Positions 31,167-39,050 of a stretch of 39,050 nucleotides of DNA are shown here, piece after piece. The notes beneath the pieces were generated by a model that saw only the letters and a list, made by a program, of their open reading frames with translations, had not been told where the DNA came from and did no database searches. A program made the translations under genes and the position numbers. How positions within the stretch are numbered: position 1 is the first letter of the stretch; each line of letters starts with the position of its first letter. The stretch comes from an uncultured Candidatus Saccharibacteria bacterium (GTDB lineage Bacteria; Patescibacteriota; Minisyncoccia; Minisyncoccales; GWA2-38-27): the NCBI GenBank assembly GCA_964470615.1, contig CAYYDH010000001.1:1-39050 (forward strand), given 5' to 3'.

Positions 31167-32779
31167 TGAGTTTTACACCTTTTCAACTGTCTACTTTTAT
31201 AACTGCCTTTGTTAGTTTCTTTTTAGGGATAAGCGTATATTCTCGAGAAAGAAAATCAAGGGTTAACCTTTTTTGGTTTCTGACATCACTTTCAATTAGT
31301 CTATGGAGCGTTGGTTTGTTTGGTGTAGTTTTTTCAAAAAATGAAGGCAATGCATGGTTTTGGCAGCATATTCTAGATATCGGAGGAATAATTATACCGA
31401 TTTTTTATTTTAATTTTATTTTATATTTATTAAAAAAAGAGCTTTTTAGATTACGCATACTTACTGGAATTACTGGGCTAATTTTAGTAGCCTTAAGTTT
31501 TACAAGATTGTTTAAGATTGGAGTTTCGCTAAAATTCAATTTGAATTATTGGGTTGACCCAGGGAAACTATATTTTTTATTTCCCCTTACCTTCGTTCTT
31601 TTTGTGATAATCGCAACTGTTTTTATAATTAAGGAGTATCGTATATCTTCTAGCCCAGTTTTTAAAAAACAATTAAAAAACTTTTTATTTGCGCAGATTT
31701 TTGGTTTTGGAGGAGGTGTTACAAATTTTTTCCCTCAGTTTTTTAACTTATATCCCTTTGGTAATTATCTAGTTATTTTATATGTAATTTTTGTTAGCTA
31801 CGCTGCAATTCGGCATCAACTTTTTAATATTCGTATCATAGCGACAGAAATGTTAGTTTTTGCTATTTGGGTTTTTTTGTTAGCAAGAACCGCTCTTTCC
31901 GAAAATTATAATGATCTTATTATAAATTTAGGATTGGTAGTCATGGTAATAACTTTTGGTATATTGCTTATTCGTAGCGTAAACAAAGAAGTCCGCCAGC
32001 GCGAAAAGATGGAACATATGGCTAAAGAGCTTGAGAGGGCTTACGAAGTAGAGAAAAATGCACGAGTTCAGATTCAAGAACTCAGCGAAGCAAAAACCCA
32101 GTTTATTATGGCCACCCAGCATCATTTAAGAACTCCTCTTACTTCAATGAGAGGATACGTAGATCTCATTCTGACCGGAAGCTATGGCAAGGTTCCGACG
32201 AAGATTAAAGAGGCCATTTCTAAGCTTCAAATTTCTACAGTAAGACTGCTTAGAGTCGTCAATGAGCTCTTAGATGTCTCTCAGTTTCAGCTTGGGAAAA
32301 AGGTGGTGACTTTGCAGCCAGGCGTAGAAATAGAGCCCATTCTAAAAGAAGTGGTAGAAGAGCTTCGCTTTACAGCCGAAAGCAAGGGCCTTTATCTCAA
32401 ATTTAAAGAGCTAGAAGGGAAAATGCCTGCCATTCAAGCAGACGTGGAGAAGCTTAAGGTTGCCCTATTCAACCTTATTGATAACGGTATAAAGTATACT
32501 AGTAAAGGGGGGGTGACTGTCAGGGCAGAGGTTTCAGACAGCAAGGTACGGATTATGAGCAAAGATACTGGGATAGGAATTTCCAAAGAACGATTAGGCG
32601 CGCTGTTTGACAGCACTTTCGAAAGAGGGAAGGAGGCCAAAAAGGTTTTCTCAGCAGGCAGAGGAATAGGCCTTTATGTTTCCAGTCAGATTATCAGGGC
32701 GCATAACGGTAGAGTTTGGGCCGAGTCAGAGGGAGAGGGGAAAGGAACAACCTTTTGCCTAGAGTTGCCGATAAATTAA
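31166..32779 (+). CDS. sensor histidine kinase with a polytopic N-terminal membrane domain
   Basis: About 7 TM helices, H-box ATQHHLRTPLTSM, N-box NLIDNGIKYT, G1 DTGIGI and G2 GRGIGL. Confidence 0.9.
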   Translation: MSFTPFQLSTFITAFVSFFLGISVYSRERKSRVNLFWFLTSLSISLWSVGLFGVVFSKNEGNAWFWQHILDIGGIIIPIFYFNFILYLLKKELFRLRILTGITGLILVALSFTRLFKIGVSLKFNLNYWVDPGKLYFLFPLTFVLFVIIATVFIIKEYRISSSPVFKKQLKNFLFAQIFGFGGGVTNFFPQFFNLYPFGNYLVILYVIFVSYAAIRHQLFNIRIIATEMLVFAIWVFLLARTALSENYNDLIINLGLVVMVITFGILLIRSVNKEVRQREKMEHMAKELERAYEVEKNARVQIQELSEAKTQFIMATQHHLRTPLTSMRGYVDLILTGSYGKVPTKIKEAISKLQISTVRLLRVVNELLDVSQFQLGKKVVTLQPGVEIEPILKEVVEELRFTAESKGLYLKFKELEGKMPAIQADVEKLKVALFNLIDNGIKYTSKGGVTVRAEVSDSKVRIMSKDTGIGISKERLGALFDSTFERGKEAKKVFSAGRGIGLYVSSQIIRAHNGRVWAESEGEGKGTTFCLELPIN

Positions 32780-32808
32780 GGAAATAGTGGTATAATTACA
32801 ATAAGGGC

Positions 32809-33195
32809 ATGAAAAAGAATATTCTCCTTATTGAAGACGATCCCCAAATCATTGATGTCTATCAGATCGCACTGAAGGCCGCTGGTTTTAGAGTAGAGTC
32901 AATTGTCATGGGAGGGGAGGCGATAGAAAAGGTGAAAAAGGTAAAGAGCGGTCAGTTAAAAAAACCAGACCTAATATTACTTGACTTGATTCTGCCCGAC
33001 ATCAACGGCTTAGAAGTGTTGCAGGAGATCAGGAAATACGAAGAGACAAAAGACCTGTCCGTAGTTATTCTGAGCAATTATAATAGCGAGGGGTTGGAAA
33101 AGAATGGGTATGATTTAGGAAATGAACAGTACTTAGTAAAAGCCCAATACACCCCTACTCAATTAGTGGCTTTGATAAAAGGAATGTTGGAGTAG
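32809..33195 (+). CDS. stand-alone response-regulator receiver domain (CheY-like)
   Basis: 128 aa with LLIEDDP, the phospho-acceptor context DLILLDLILPDINGLEV, and a conserved K in LVKAQ. Confidence 0.9.
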   Translation: MKKNILLIEDDPQIIDVYQIALKAAGFRVESIVMGGEAIEKVKKVKSGQLKKPDLILLDLILPDINGLEVLQEIRKYEETKDLSVVILSNYNSEGLEKNGYDLGNEQYLVKAQYTPTQLVALIKGMLE

Positions 33196-33197
33196 CT

Positions 33198-34370
33198 TTA
33201 AAGAAGAGATTTTTTCAGGAAAAGAATAAGACCGGCTGAAACAACTGCCAAGGGAATAGCAATTAAGAAAGGAAACCATTTTCTAGGGATATTAGTCGCC
33301 GCCGCAGCAACGGCGGCTGTTTCTTTTTCGCTGGAAAGGTCGATTACAAAAGTTTCGTCATTAGGAGAGGGCTTGGGAGTAACCTGTTTAGTTTCTTTTG
33401 TTGAAATAATGTTTAGGGCACCAGGAGTCAGTTTGCTGCTCCAAGTCCAACCTTTAGAAGTTAGATTATATGATTGACCTAGTGGGGCCTTTTCATAGGA
33501 AACAGCGTCTTTTTTCTCCTTGGATGGAGAGAAAAGATTCAAGCCGTCACCGTCATTGTTTAAAGTAATCTTTGTTTCAGGCCGTTTGAGCACTAAAAAA
33601 CCGTTTTGAGGAATCTTTGTTCCGGCAGGAAAGAGATAGGGAGTGGTTTTTCCCGTTGTATCTTCAATCTTCCAGTCGGATAAATCTATTTCAAATCCAT
33701 TTTGGTTATAGATTTCTATCCATTCTTCAGTTGTGTCAGAGCCTTCGGGTGAAGGAAGAATTTCATTGAAGACAACACCAGCAGGATAAGTTTCTTCTGG
33801 TATTACCTGCGGCGTTAACAGGGGTGATGGCGTGGTCAAAACCGGCACAGGAGTACTAGGTGAAGCTTGAGATCCAGAGCTGTTTCCGTTTTTAGGTGTA
33901 CCGCCTGGGCTTTGACTAGTTTGCCAAGCTGAAGCGATTCGTTCCATTGTTTGTTTCGTAGTATTATCACCAGCTGGCCAACTATCTGAAAAGTTTGTTT
34001 CATCAATTAAATTGCCAGAACTGTCAAACAGCTTCAAATCTTCTCCGTTGTTTCCTAGGGCGCCTTTGTAAATAAGGTCAGCTGCAACGTCGGGTACAGT
34101 AGTATCGTCGGTTCTTTCCAAAAGAAAGAATCCGTTTGCCGGGATGCCACCAACCAATTTTATTTCTGGTGTCCCATCGCTGGCTTTTAAAACCCAGTCG
34201 TCAAGGTTTATTACGCTTGAAGTGTTGTTATAAAGTTCGATCCATTCATCGTTAGCTGAGCTTATCGTTCCCATCCAGGCAATTTCATTAATGGTTACGT
34301 CAAAAAAAGCGCCTTGGCTGATAAGAGGCGCCGTTAAAGATAATAATATGAGGAAATATTTTAACATCAA
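33198..34370 (-). CDS. secreted protein with two lamin-tail domains and a C-terminal TM anchor
   Basis: Signal peptide, then two copies of the LTD signature (INEIAWMGT...DEWIELYN and FNEILPSPEG...EEWIEIYN). These are separated by a Pro/Thr/Ser linker. The C-terminal helix is FPFLIAIPLAVVSAGLILFL. Confidence 0.7.
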   Translation of the reverse strand: MMLKYFLILLSLTAPLISQGAFFDVTINEIAWMGTISSANDEWIELYNNTSSVINLDDWVLKASDGTPEIKLVGGIPANGFFLLERTDDTTVPDVAADLIYKGALGNNGEDLKLFDSSGNLIDETNFSDSWPAGDNTTKQTMERIASAWQTSQSPGGTPKNGNSSGSQASPSTPVPVLTTPSPLLTPQVIPEETYPAGVVFNEILPSPEGSDTTEEWIEIYNQNGFEIDLSDWKIEDTTGKTTPYLFPAGTKIPQNGFLVLKRPETKITLNNDGDGLNLFSPSKEKKDAVSYEKAPLGQSYNLTSKGWTWSSKLTPGALNIISTKETKQVTPKPSPNDETFVIDLSSEKETAAVAAAATNIPRKWFPFLIAIPLAVVSAGLILFLKKSLL

Positions 34371-35410
34371 AGCAAGGGCTCTTGGCGGTCTTTGAACTTA
34401 AAACCCAAATGCTGATAAGCAATTTTAGTCGCCACCCGGCCGCGGGGAGTCCTTTCAATAAAACCAAGCTGCATTAAATAGGGCTCATAGATATCCAGAA
34501 TGGTGTCTTCTTCTTCAGAGGTAGCTGCAGAAAGCGTTTGGAGTCCGACTGGTCCGCCATTAAACTTCTTTATAACCGCTTCTAAAATCTTTCGGTCTCC
34601 GGCTTCTAAACCCAATTCGTCAACTTCAAGAAAAGACAAGGCTTTTTCAGCCATTTCTTTGGTGATTACTCCTTTTCCTTCTACTTGGGCGAAATCTCGG
34701 GCGCGTTTTAATAAACGGTTTGCCACGCGAGGAGTAAAGCGGGAACATTTGGCGATTATTTCCAAGGCGTCAGGGTCAGATTTAATCCCTAGTAAGTCGC
34801 TGGAGCGTTGAAGGATTTTTCTAATGCTTTCTTCGTCGTAAAAGTTTAACTGGAAAGTAGCGCCAAAGCGTGATCTCAAAGGAGCGGAAAGCATGGCTAC
34901 TCTGGTAGTGGCGCCGACAAAAGTGAATCGAGGCAGTTTGATTTCCATTGTCCTAGCCATAGGACCTTGGCCTAGAATTAAACTAAGTCGGAAATCTTCT
35001 AGCGCCGGATAAAGGAACTCTTCAATCATTTTATTCATCGCATGGCATTCATCGCAGAACAAAACATCACCTTCGTTCAGGTTGGTTAGGACAGCAGCCA
35101 AATCACCAGTTTTTTTAATAGCCGGTCCTGTCGTTGTTCTCATGTTTGTTCCTAATTCCTTGGCAATAAGGTAGGAAAGAGACGTTTTGCCTAAGCCGCT
35201 GTTGCCGTAGAATAAAATATGTTCACAAAAAGGCTCGTTGCGCTTTTTGGCAGCATCGATAATGATCTTGAGGTTCTTTTTAAGCTTGTCTTGGCCGATG
35301 AATTCATTCCAAACGCGAGGCCTTAAAGTCAAATCAAGGCCTTGGTCCTCTTCGGTCGGTCTCGGTGTCAGGGGTGATTTTTTCCCATCAGGGGTTGACA
35401 AATTTTCCAT
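34367..35410 (-). CDS. ruvB: Holliday junction branch-migration helicase RuvB
   Basis: 347 aa with LRPRVWNEFIGQ, Walker A GNSGLGKTSL, Walker B LFCDECH and a C-terminal TPRGR. Confidence 0.97.
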   Translation of the reverse strand: MENLSTPDGKKSPLTPRPTEEDQGLDLTLRPRVWNEFIGQDKLKKNLKIIIDAAKKRNEPFCEHILFYGNSGLGKTSLSYLIAKELGTNMRTTTGPAIKKTGDLAAVLTNLNEGDVLFCDECHAMNKMIEEFLYPALEDFRLSLILGQGPMARTMEIKLPRFTFVGATTRVAMLSAPLRSRFGATFQLNFYDEESIRKILQRSSDLLGIKSDPDALEIIAKCSRFTPRVANRLLKRARDFAQVEGKGVITKEMAEKALSFLEVDELGLEAGDRKILEAVIKKFNGGPVGLQTLSAATSEEEDTILDIYEPYLMQLGFIERTPRGRVATKIAYQHLGFKFKDRQEPLL

Positions 35411-35423
35411 AATCTGCTACAAT
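35395..35423 (+). promoter_or_regulatory. near-consensus sigma70 promoter pointing into the ruvB-pilB spacer
   Basis: TTGACA (35395..35400), an exactly 17-nt spacer, then TACAAT (35418..35423). The spacer contains the ruvB start codon on the other strand (35410..35408). Confidence 0.6.
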
Positions 35424-35429
35424 TGGAGG

Positions 35430-35598
35430 TTATAGGATTAAACTTGAGGCTGGGGGGCTTGGAGTTTTCCGCAGATGGATGATTTGGCGCGAGCGAAGTC
35501 AATCCTCGGGGAGGTTCTAAACTTTTGTACCACTTAAGTTAGACCCCCCAGCCTCAAGCTTAATTATGACCGGCCTCGCCTTTTGGCGGGGCCTTTTT
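35430..35598 (+). ncRNA. unclassified small transcript of about 165 nt (cis-antisense RNA, or mRNA for a 20-aa peptide)
   Basis: It is bounded by the promoter above and a plus-oriented intrinsic terminator. A perfect 15-bp closing stem (CTTGAGGCTGGGGGG 35443..35457 with CCCCCCAGCCTCAAG 35544..35558) encloses 86 nt. There is no plus-strand protein gene for 1.3 kb downstream. Confidence 0.5.
35572..35598 (+). terminator. intrinsic terminator, plus-strand oriented
   Basis: GGCCUCGCC-UUUU-GGCGGGGCC (one G-U pair) followed by UUUUUAUU. On the minus strand the same hairpin has an A-C mismatch and no U-tract. Confidence 0.7.
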
Positions 35599-36907
35599 AT
35601 TCTTCACCTGTTACCCTGTCTATCTCTTCTACGGTAGTCACTCCTTCTAAGACCTTAATGTACCCATCCTGATGCATCAAAAGCATTCCTTTTTTAATTG
35701 CTAATTCTTTCATTGCTACGACTGAGGGGGAGGTTAAGATAAACTTTTCCATTTCATTGTCAACAATAAACGCCTCAAAAATACCGGTTCTTTCGTGATA
35801 GCCGGTAAAGTTACAGTCTTTGCAGCCCTTGGCTTTAGGAATCTTTATGCCAGGTTTCAAAGGCGGGATCTTAATTTTCTTTGAAAGACCCTTAAGCGCA
35901 CCTTTCAACTTCTCCAATTCTTCAGGCGTTATTTCTTTTTTAGCCCCGCACTTTTTACAGACCTTTCTGACTAATCTTTGAGCCAGTGCCATGTTTATGG
36001 CTGGAGATATATTAACTGGTTTTTCTCCTAGCGCTTGGAGCCTGGCGATTGTGCCGGCAGCGTCGTTAGTATGGACTGTGGATAAAACTAAGTGGCCGGT
36101 TAGAGCAGCCTGGAGAGAAATTTGAGCTGTTTCCAAATCTCTGACTTCGCCAACCAATATTACGTCTGGGTCTTGCCTGACAATTGCTCGAAGTCCGTTG
36201 GCAAACGTATAGCCTTTAGAATTATCCACTTGGGTTTGGGAAACTCCTTTCAAATGATACTCAATAGGGTCTTCAATGGTAATAACTTTTATCTCTGGCG
36301 ATTCGATTTCCTGTAAGAAAGCGTAAAGAGTCGTGGTTTTACCAGAACCAGTAGGACCGGTGGCAATAATCATTCCATTCGGCTTTTTTATTTCCTTCCT
36401 AAAAATTTCCATTAAGTCTGGCCGTAGACCTAGGTCATTCATCGTAACTACCCATTTCGGGTTTAAGATTCTGAGAACGATTGATTCTCCGTATTCTGCC
36501 GGCAGAACAGAGGTTCTGACTTCAATTGATACTCCCTCAATCAGAATAGAAAATCGGCCATCTTGCGATACGCGAGTTATATTCAACTTTATTTCCGAAA
36601 GCAGTTTTATTCTTGAGAGAAGAGATTTATATATCTTCAAATCAAAATACAGGATATCGTGCAAGACGCCGTCAATCCTTAATCTAAACTTTGCCTGTTC
36701 TTGCTCCGGCTCTATGTGGATATCTGACCCCTCAAGAAAAAAAGAACCCGTTAAAATTAATTCAACGAGGTCAGACGTTTTTTTCGTCATCCATTTTTCA
36801 ACTTTTTTCTTAAAGTCAGAGATGTTTCTTATCTCTTTCTTGACGTCCTTCACCAAAAGCGGCTGGATTTCTACTTCACCGGTTATTTTTTTTACTTCAT
36901 CTAGCAT
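35597..36907 (-). CDS. pilB: GspE/PilB-family secretion/type IV pilus assembly ATPase (short form)
   Basis: 436 aa with Walker A GPTGSGKTTT, Asp/His boxes and the tetra-Cys motif CKKCGAKK...CKDCNFTGY. Confidence 0.9.
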   Translation of the reverse strand: MLDEVKKITGEVEIQPLLVKDVKKEIRNISDFKKKVEKWMTKKTSDLVELILTGSFFLEGSDIHIEPEQEQAKFRLRIDGVLHDILYFDLKIYKSLLSRIKLLSEIKLNITRVSQDGRFSILIEGVSIEVRTSVLPAEYGESIVLRILNPKWVVTMNDLGLRPDLMEIFRKEIKKPNGMIIATGPTGSGKTTTLYAFLQEIESPEIKVITIEDPIEYHLKGVSQTQVDNSKGYTFANGLRAIVRQDPDVILVGEVRDLETAQISLQAALTGHLVLSTVHTNDAAGTIARLQALGEKPVNISPAINMALAQRLVRKVCKKCGAKKEITPEELEKLKGALKGLSKKIKIPPLKPGIKIPKAKGCKDCNFTGYHERTGIFEAFIVDNEMEKFILTSPSVVAMKELAIKKGMLLMHQDGYIKVLEGVTTVEEIDRVTGEE

Positions 36908-36970
36908 TGTTTTATGTTAAGATATAGTTGCTTCTTCCAAATTATCTTATTATCCTATATTAGTCAACTT

Positions 36971-37417
36971 ATGAAAAGAAAGTTTCTGACAAAGAACTCG
37001 ACCCAGACAAAAAAACTAGCGGAAAAACTGGCTATAAAGATTTTGCAAGAGAAAAAAAGAGAAAAAGCCTTTGTTATCGGTCTGGAAGGGGAGCTGGGCG
37101 CCGGCAAAACCACTTTCCTGCAAGGATTTGCTAAAGGATTGAGTATCAAAGAAAGAATTCTCAGTCCGACCTTTATTCTGATGCGTCGTTTTTCTTTGAA
37201 GGGCGGCCGGAACTTCTACCACCTTGATTGTTACCGTATTGCTAAAGCAAAAGAGGTGCTAGATCTTGGGTTTAAGGATATTATTCTAGGGCCGCAAAAT
37301 ATTGTGGCAGTTGAATGGGCTGGTAAGATAAAAGAGATATTGCCTAAAAACGCTTTGAGAATAAAAGTCAGAGTTATTGGTGATAAAGAGAGAGAAGTTT
37401 CTGTCAGCAGCTGGTGA
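36971..37417 (+). CDS. tsaE: tRNA t6A37 biosynthesis ATPase TsaE
   Basis: P-loop GLEGELGAGKTTFLQG, SPTF and HLDCYR. I prefer the ATG at 36971 (MKRKFLTK...) over the track start at 36914. Confidence 0.85.
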   Translation: MKRKFLTKNSTQTKKLAEKLAIKILQEKKREKAFVIGLEGELGAGKTTFLQGFAKGLSIKERILSPTFILMRRFSLKGGRNFYHLDCYRIAKAKEVLDLGFKDIILGPQNIVAVEWAGKIKEILPKNALRIKVRVIGDKEREVSVSSW

Positions 37418-37597
37418 GAACAGCTTTTTTATTAATTGGGGAAAAATTGTTGCGTTTCTCTCCTGAAATTGTATAATTTATTAATCAGCAGGTTTGCGAA
37501 AAACATCGGTTTTTTGTTCAAACTTTTTAATAATTAATAATCAGCTCTTAGCTTCTATGGCAAGAGTAATTGCCTAATAGCAAATAGGCGGAAAAAT

Positions 37598-39050
37598 ATG
37601 AAAAAAGAAAAAGAAATATTAAAAGCCACTATTTTATCTATGACAGTAGTGGCGATTTTATTTTTATCAATTAATTACCTCGGGGTTTTCAGAGCTCCTT
37701 CGATAGTTATAGCAGCAAGCCCTACTCCTGCGCCGACTCCTGCTCCGACACCTACTCCTGCCCCTACTCCTGTCCCAACCCCTGCTCCCGACCCTACTCC
37801 TACTTCTGCCCCAACACCAGAACCAACCGCAGAGCCAACACCGGAACCGACAACAGAACCGACGCCAGAACCAGAACCTACTTCCACCCCTGCTCCAACT
37901 CCCACCCCTACTCCAACCCCAACCCCAACCCCAACCGCTTCCGTTACCCCGACGCCAAGTCCGACGCCTCCGCCTACAGCGGTCTGTGGTAATAACATTG
38001 TAGAAGGTTCTGAACAATGTGATGGCAATAATGATAATGCTTGTCCTGGTCAGTGTATAGCACCGGGAAATCCGAATCAATGTATGTGTCCAGTTTTAGA
38101 TTGCGACAGTTATTGCAAGGGTAAAACATATCATGATAGTGATGCGAACGAAGACCGGTTCTTCGAAGAAGGGATATGCAGTGTGGGAGCACCAGGTCCT
38201 TTAGCCCCTTCTCAGATTTCAGGAGGAGCTTTTCAAGCCACTGTGCAAACAAATACAGTGACAGAGCAAGGTTTTTTAAGTAAACTTCTGAGCTTTACTG
38301 GTTTTAATTTTTTCAAAAAAGAAGTAGAAAAAGAAGAAAAAACTAAAATTGAGACCGACGCTTGTCCCGAGATGAGTATTGTTTTTAAGAATCTTTTGAT
38401 AAAAAACGCCAACCCAAAGAGTTTAAAATCAGTAGACGTTATTTCTTTTAAGACAAGCATTCAAAACACAGGTTTTTATCCTGTTGCCAAAGGAGTGATT
38501 TATGCAAAGGTTTATCGGGAAAAACCAGAAAGAAAACCGCAGCAAAATGATTATTTTATAATTGACCTTATTGCTGCAGAAAATATCAATCTTTGGCCTA
38601 ATGAGGAAAAAGAAATTGAATTCAATTTGTCTTTGCCAGAGAGTACTATGAGCGGGAAATATAAGATTGGCTTGTATTTCGCCGGCTCAAAGCATTTTAG
38701 TTGGGCTGGAGAGAATTTTGTTTCTAATTTCCCGGCAAAGGAAATTTCTTTTGACATCCAAGGATCAGAAAATGGTTTTTGGTTTGACAACGACAGTATC
38801 CAGGTAAATGAATATAAGATTAATCATTCTACTTTCTTCCCAACCCTTAGCCAGGGCGATGTTTCAATTTCTCTGCCTCTGAAAAGTTCTTTGAGCGGAG
38901 GAGTTGCCGATCTTTCAGCAGAGATTTATTCCTACGACTTACTGGACGAAAACTCCAAGATTGCTCAGTACAGCCAAAAAAGGGATGCTTCTTTAAAACC
39001 CTCGGAGCAGTTGGTAGAATTTGAATTTTTAGGTCTGAAACCGGGCGCCG
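37598..39050 (+). CDS. cell-surface protein (partial, continues past the right edge): TM anchor, Pro/Thr linker, Cys-rich repeat, CARDB-like beta-sandwich region
   Basis: Hand translation from the ATG at 37598 gives [27 protein letters not shown]..., then about 85 aa of (P/T/A/E) repeats, then [24 protein letters not shown], then beta-rich sequence. The frame stays open to the window end, so it is absent from the ORF track. Confidence 0.8.
   Translation, partial: MKKEKEILKATILSMTVVAILFLSINYLGVFRAPSIVIAASPTPAPTPAPTPTPAPTPVPTPAPDPTPTSAPTPEPTAEPTPEPTTEPTPEPEPTSTPAPTPTPTPTPTPTPTASVTPTPSPTPPPTAVCGNNIVEGSEQCDGNNDNACPGQCIAPGNPNQCMCPVLDCDSYCKGKTYHDSDANEDRFFEEGICSVGAPGPLAPSQISGGAFQATVQTNTVTEQGFLSKLLSFTGFNFFKKEVEKEEKTKIETDACPEMSIVFKNLLIKNANPKSLKSVDVISFKTSIQNTGFYPVAKGVIYAKVYREKPERKPQQNDYFIIDLIAAENINLWPNEEKEIEFNLSLPESTMSGKYKIGLYFAGSKHFSWAGENFVSNFPAKEISFDIQGSENGFWFDNDSIQVNEYKINHSTFFPTLSQGDVSISLPLKSSLSGGVADLSAEIYSYDLLDENSKIAQYSQKRDASLKPSEQLVEFEFLGLKPGA
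37718..37977 (+). repeat. low-complexity Pro/Thr-coding repeat region
   Basis: Imperfect ACNCCN repeats, including about four tandem CCAACC units near 37913..37936. They encode a (TP)n linker. Confidence 0.8.

Noticed and set aside
35430-35598. Identification of the orphan transcript as SRP (4.5S) RNA, 6S RNA or a tRNA
   Set aside because: There is no GNRA-capped helix-8 motif (GGAA...AGCA) and no tRNA T-loop or cloverleaf. It is too short for 6S RNA, tmRNA or RNase P RNA. It is left unclassified.
36914-36970. Track start for tsaE at 36914 (MLRYSCFFQIILLSYISQL...)
   Set aside because: The extra 19 aa are hydrophobic, overlap the divergent pilB start region and are atypical for TsaE. The ATG at 36971 gives the usual N-terminus.
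37667-38080. Minus-strand ORFs of 137 aa and 117 aa (37667..38080 and 37675..38028), rich in G/V/R/W
   Set aside because: They are the antisense reading of the Pro/Thr repeat of the plus-strand surface protein. They are low-complexity with no start context, and the plus-strand ORF is far longer and has real domains.
1-39050. CRISPR arrays, rRNA genes, tRNA genes
   Set aside because: No regularly spaced direct repeats, no rRNA-like conserved stretches and no tRNA cloverleaf/T-loop (GGTTCGAATCC-like) were found by eye in the intergenic regions.

Overview
This is 39 kb of a low-GC bacterial chromosome. Gene content suggests a reduced, Candidate-Phyla-Radiation/Patescibacteria-like genome (inference only). 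From left to right the window contains the following.
(1) A GC-rich partial membrane-protein gene at the left edge.
(2) The replication-origin block: dnaN and dnaA on the minus strand, then rpmH-rnpA-yidC-jag on the plus strand. rpmH is missing from the ORF track and was found by hand. Two tandem DnaA boxes lie upstream of dnaA.
(3) An 8.4-kb minus-strand operon (5087..13450) encoding a minimal type-IV-secretion-like module. It has a PrgI-like protein, a VirB4 ATPase split into two ORFs, small membrane proteins, and three paralogous proteins that fuse a VirB2/TrbC-type pilin module to large cysteine-rich domains.
(4) Housekeeping genes: greA, a GNAT acetyltransferase, a carboxylesterase, an acyl-CoA ligase, a NUDIX hydrolase and an amidohydrolase.
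(5) A compositional mosaic. It starts with a truncated SPASM-type radical-SAM fragment. A strongly GC-rich two-gene island follows (19.2..22.65 kb), encoding two secreted proteins. Next to it is a very AT-rich five-gene operon (22754..27875): a U32-like protein, three radical-SAM-type enzymes (one viperin-like, one with a TatD remnant) and a TehB-like methyltransferase. I cannot assign this operon to any described pathway, and it is my best candidate for a novel system.
(6) A T-box leader and an archaeal-type aspS, followed by a start-less or frameshifted chorismate mutase.
(7) plsC, a HAD hydrolase, a histidine kinase and response regulator, a lamin-tail-domain protein, and ruvB.
(8) An orphan transcription unit of about 165 nt bounded by a promoter and a terminator, antisense to the pilB-ruvB spacer.
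(9) An orphan pilB, tsaE, and a partial surface protein with a Pro/Thr linker running off the right edge.
No rRNA, tRNA, CRISPR array, transposase or integrase was seen. All functional calls come from motifs read by eye. No database search was run.
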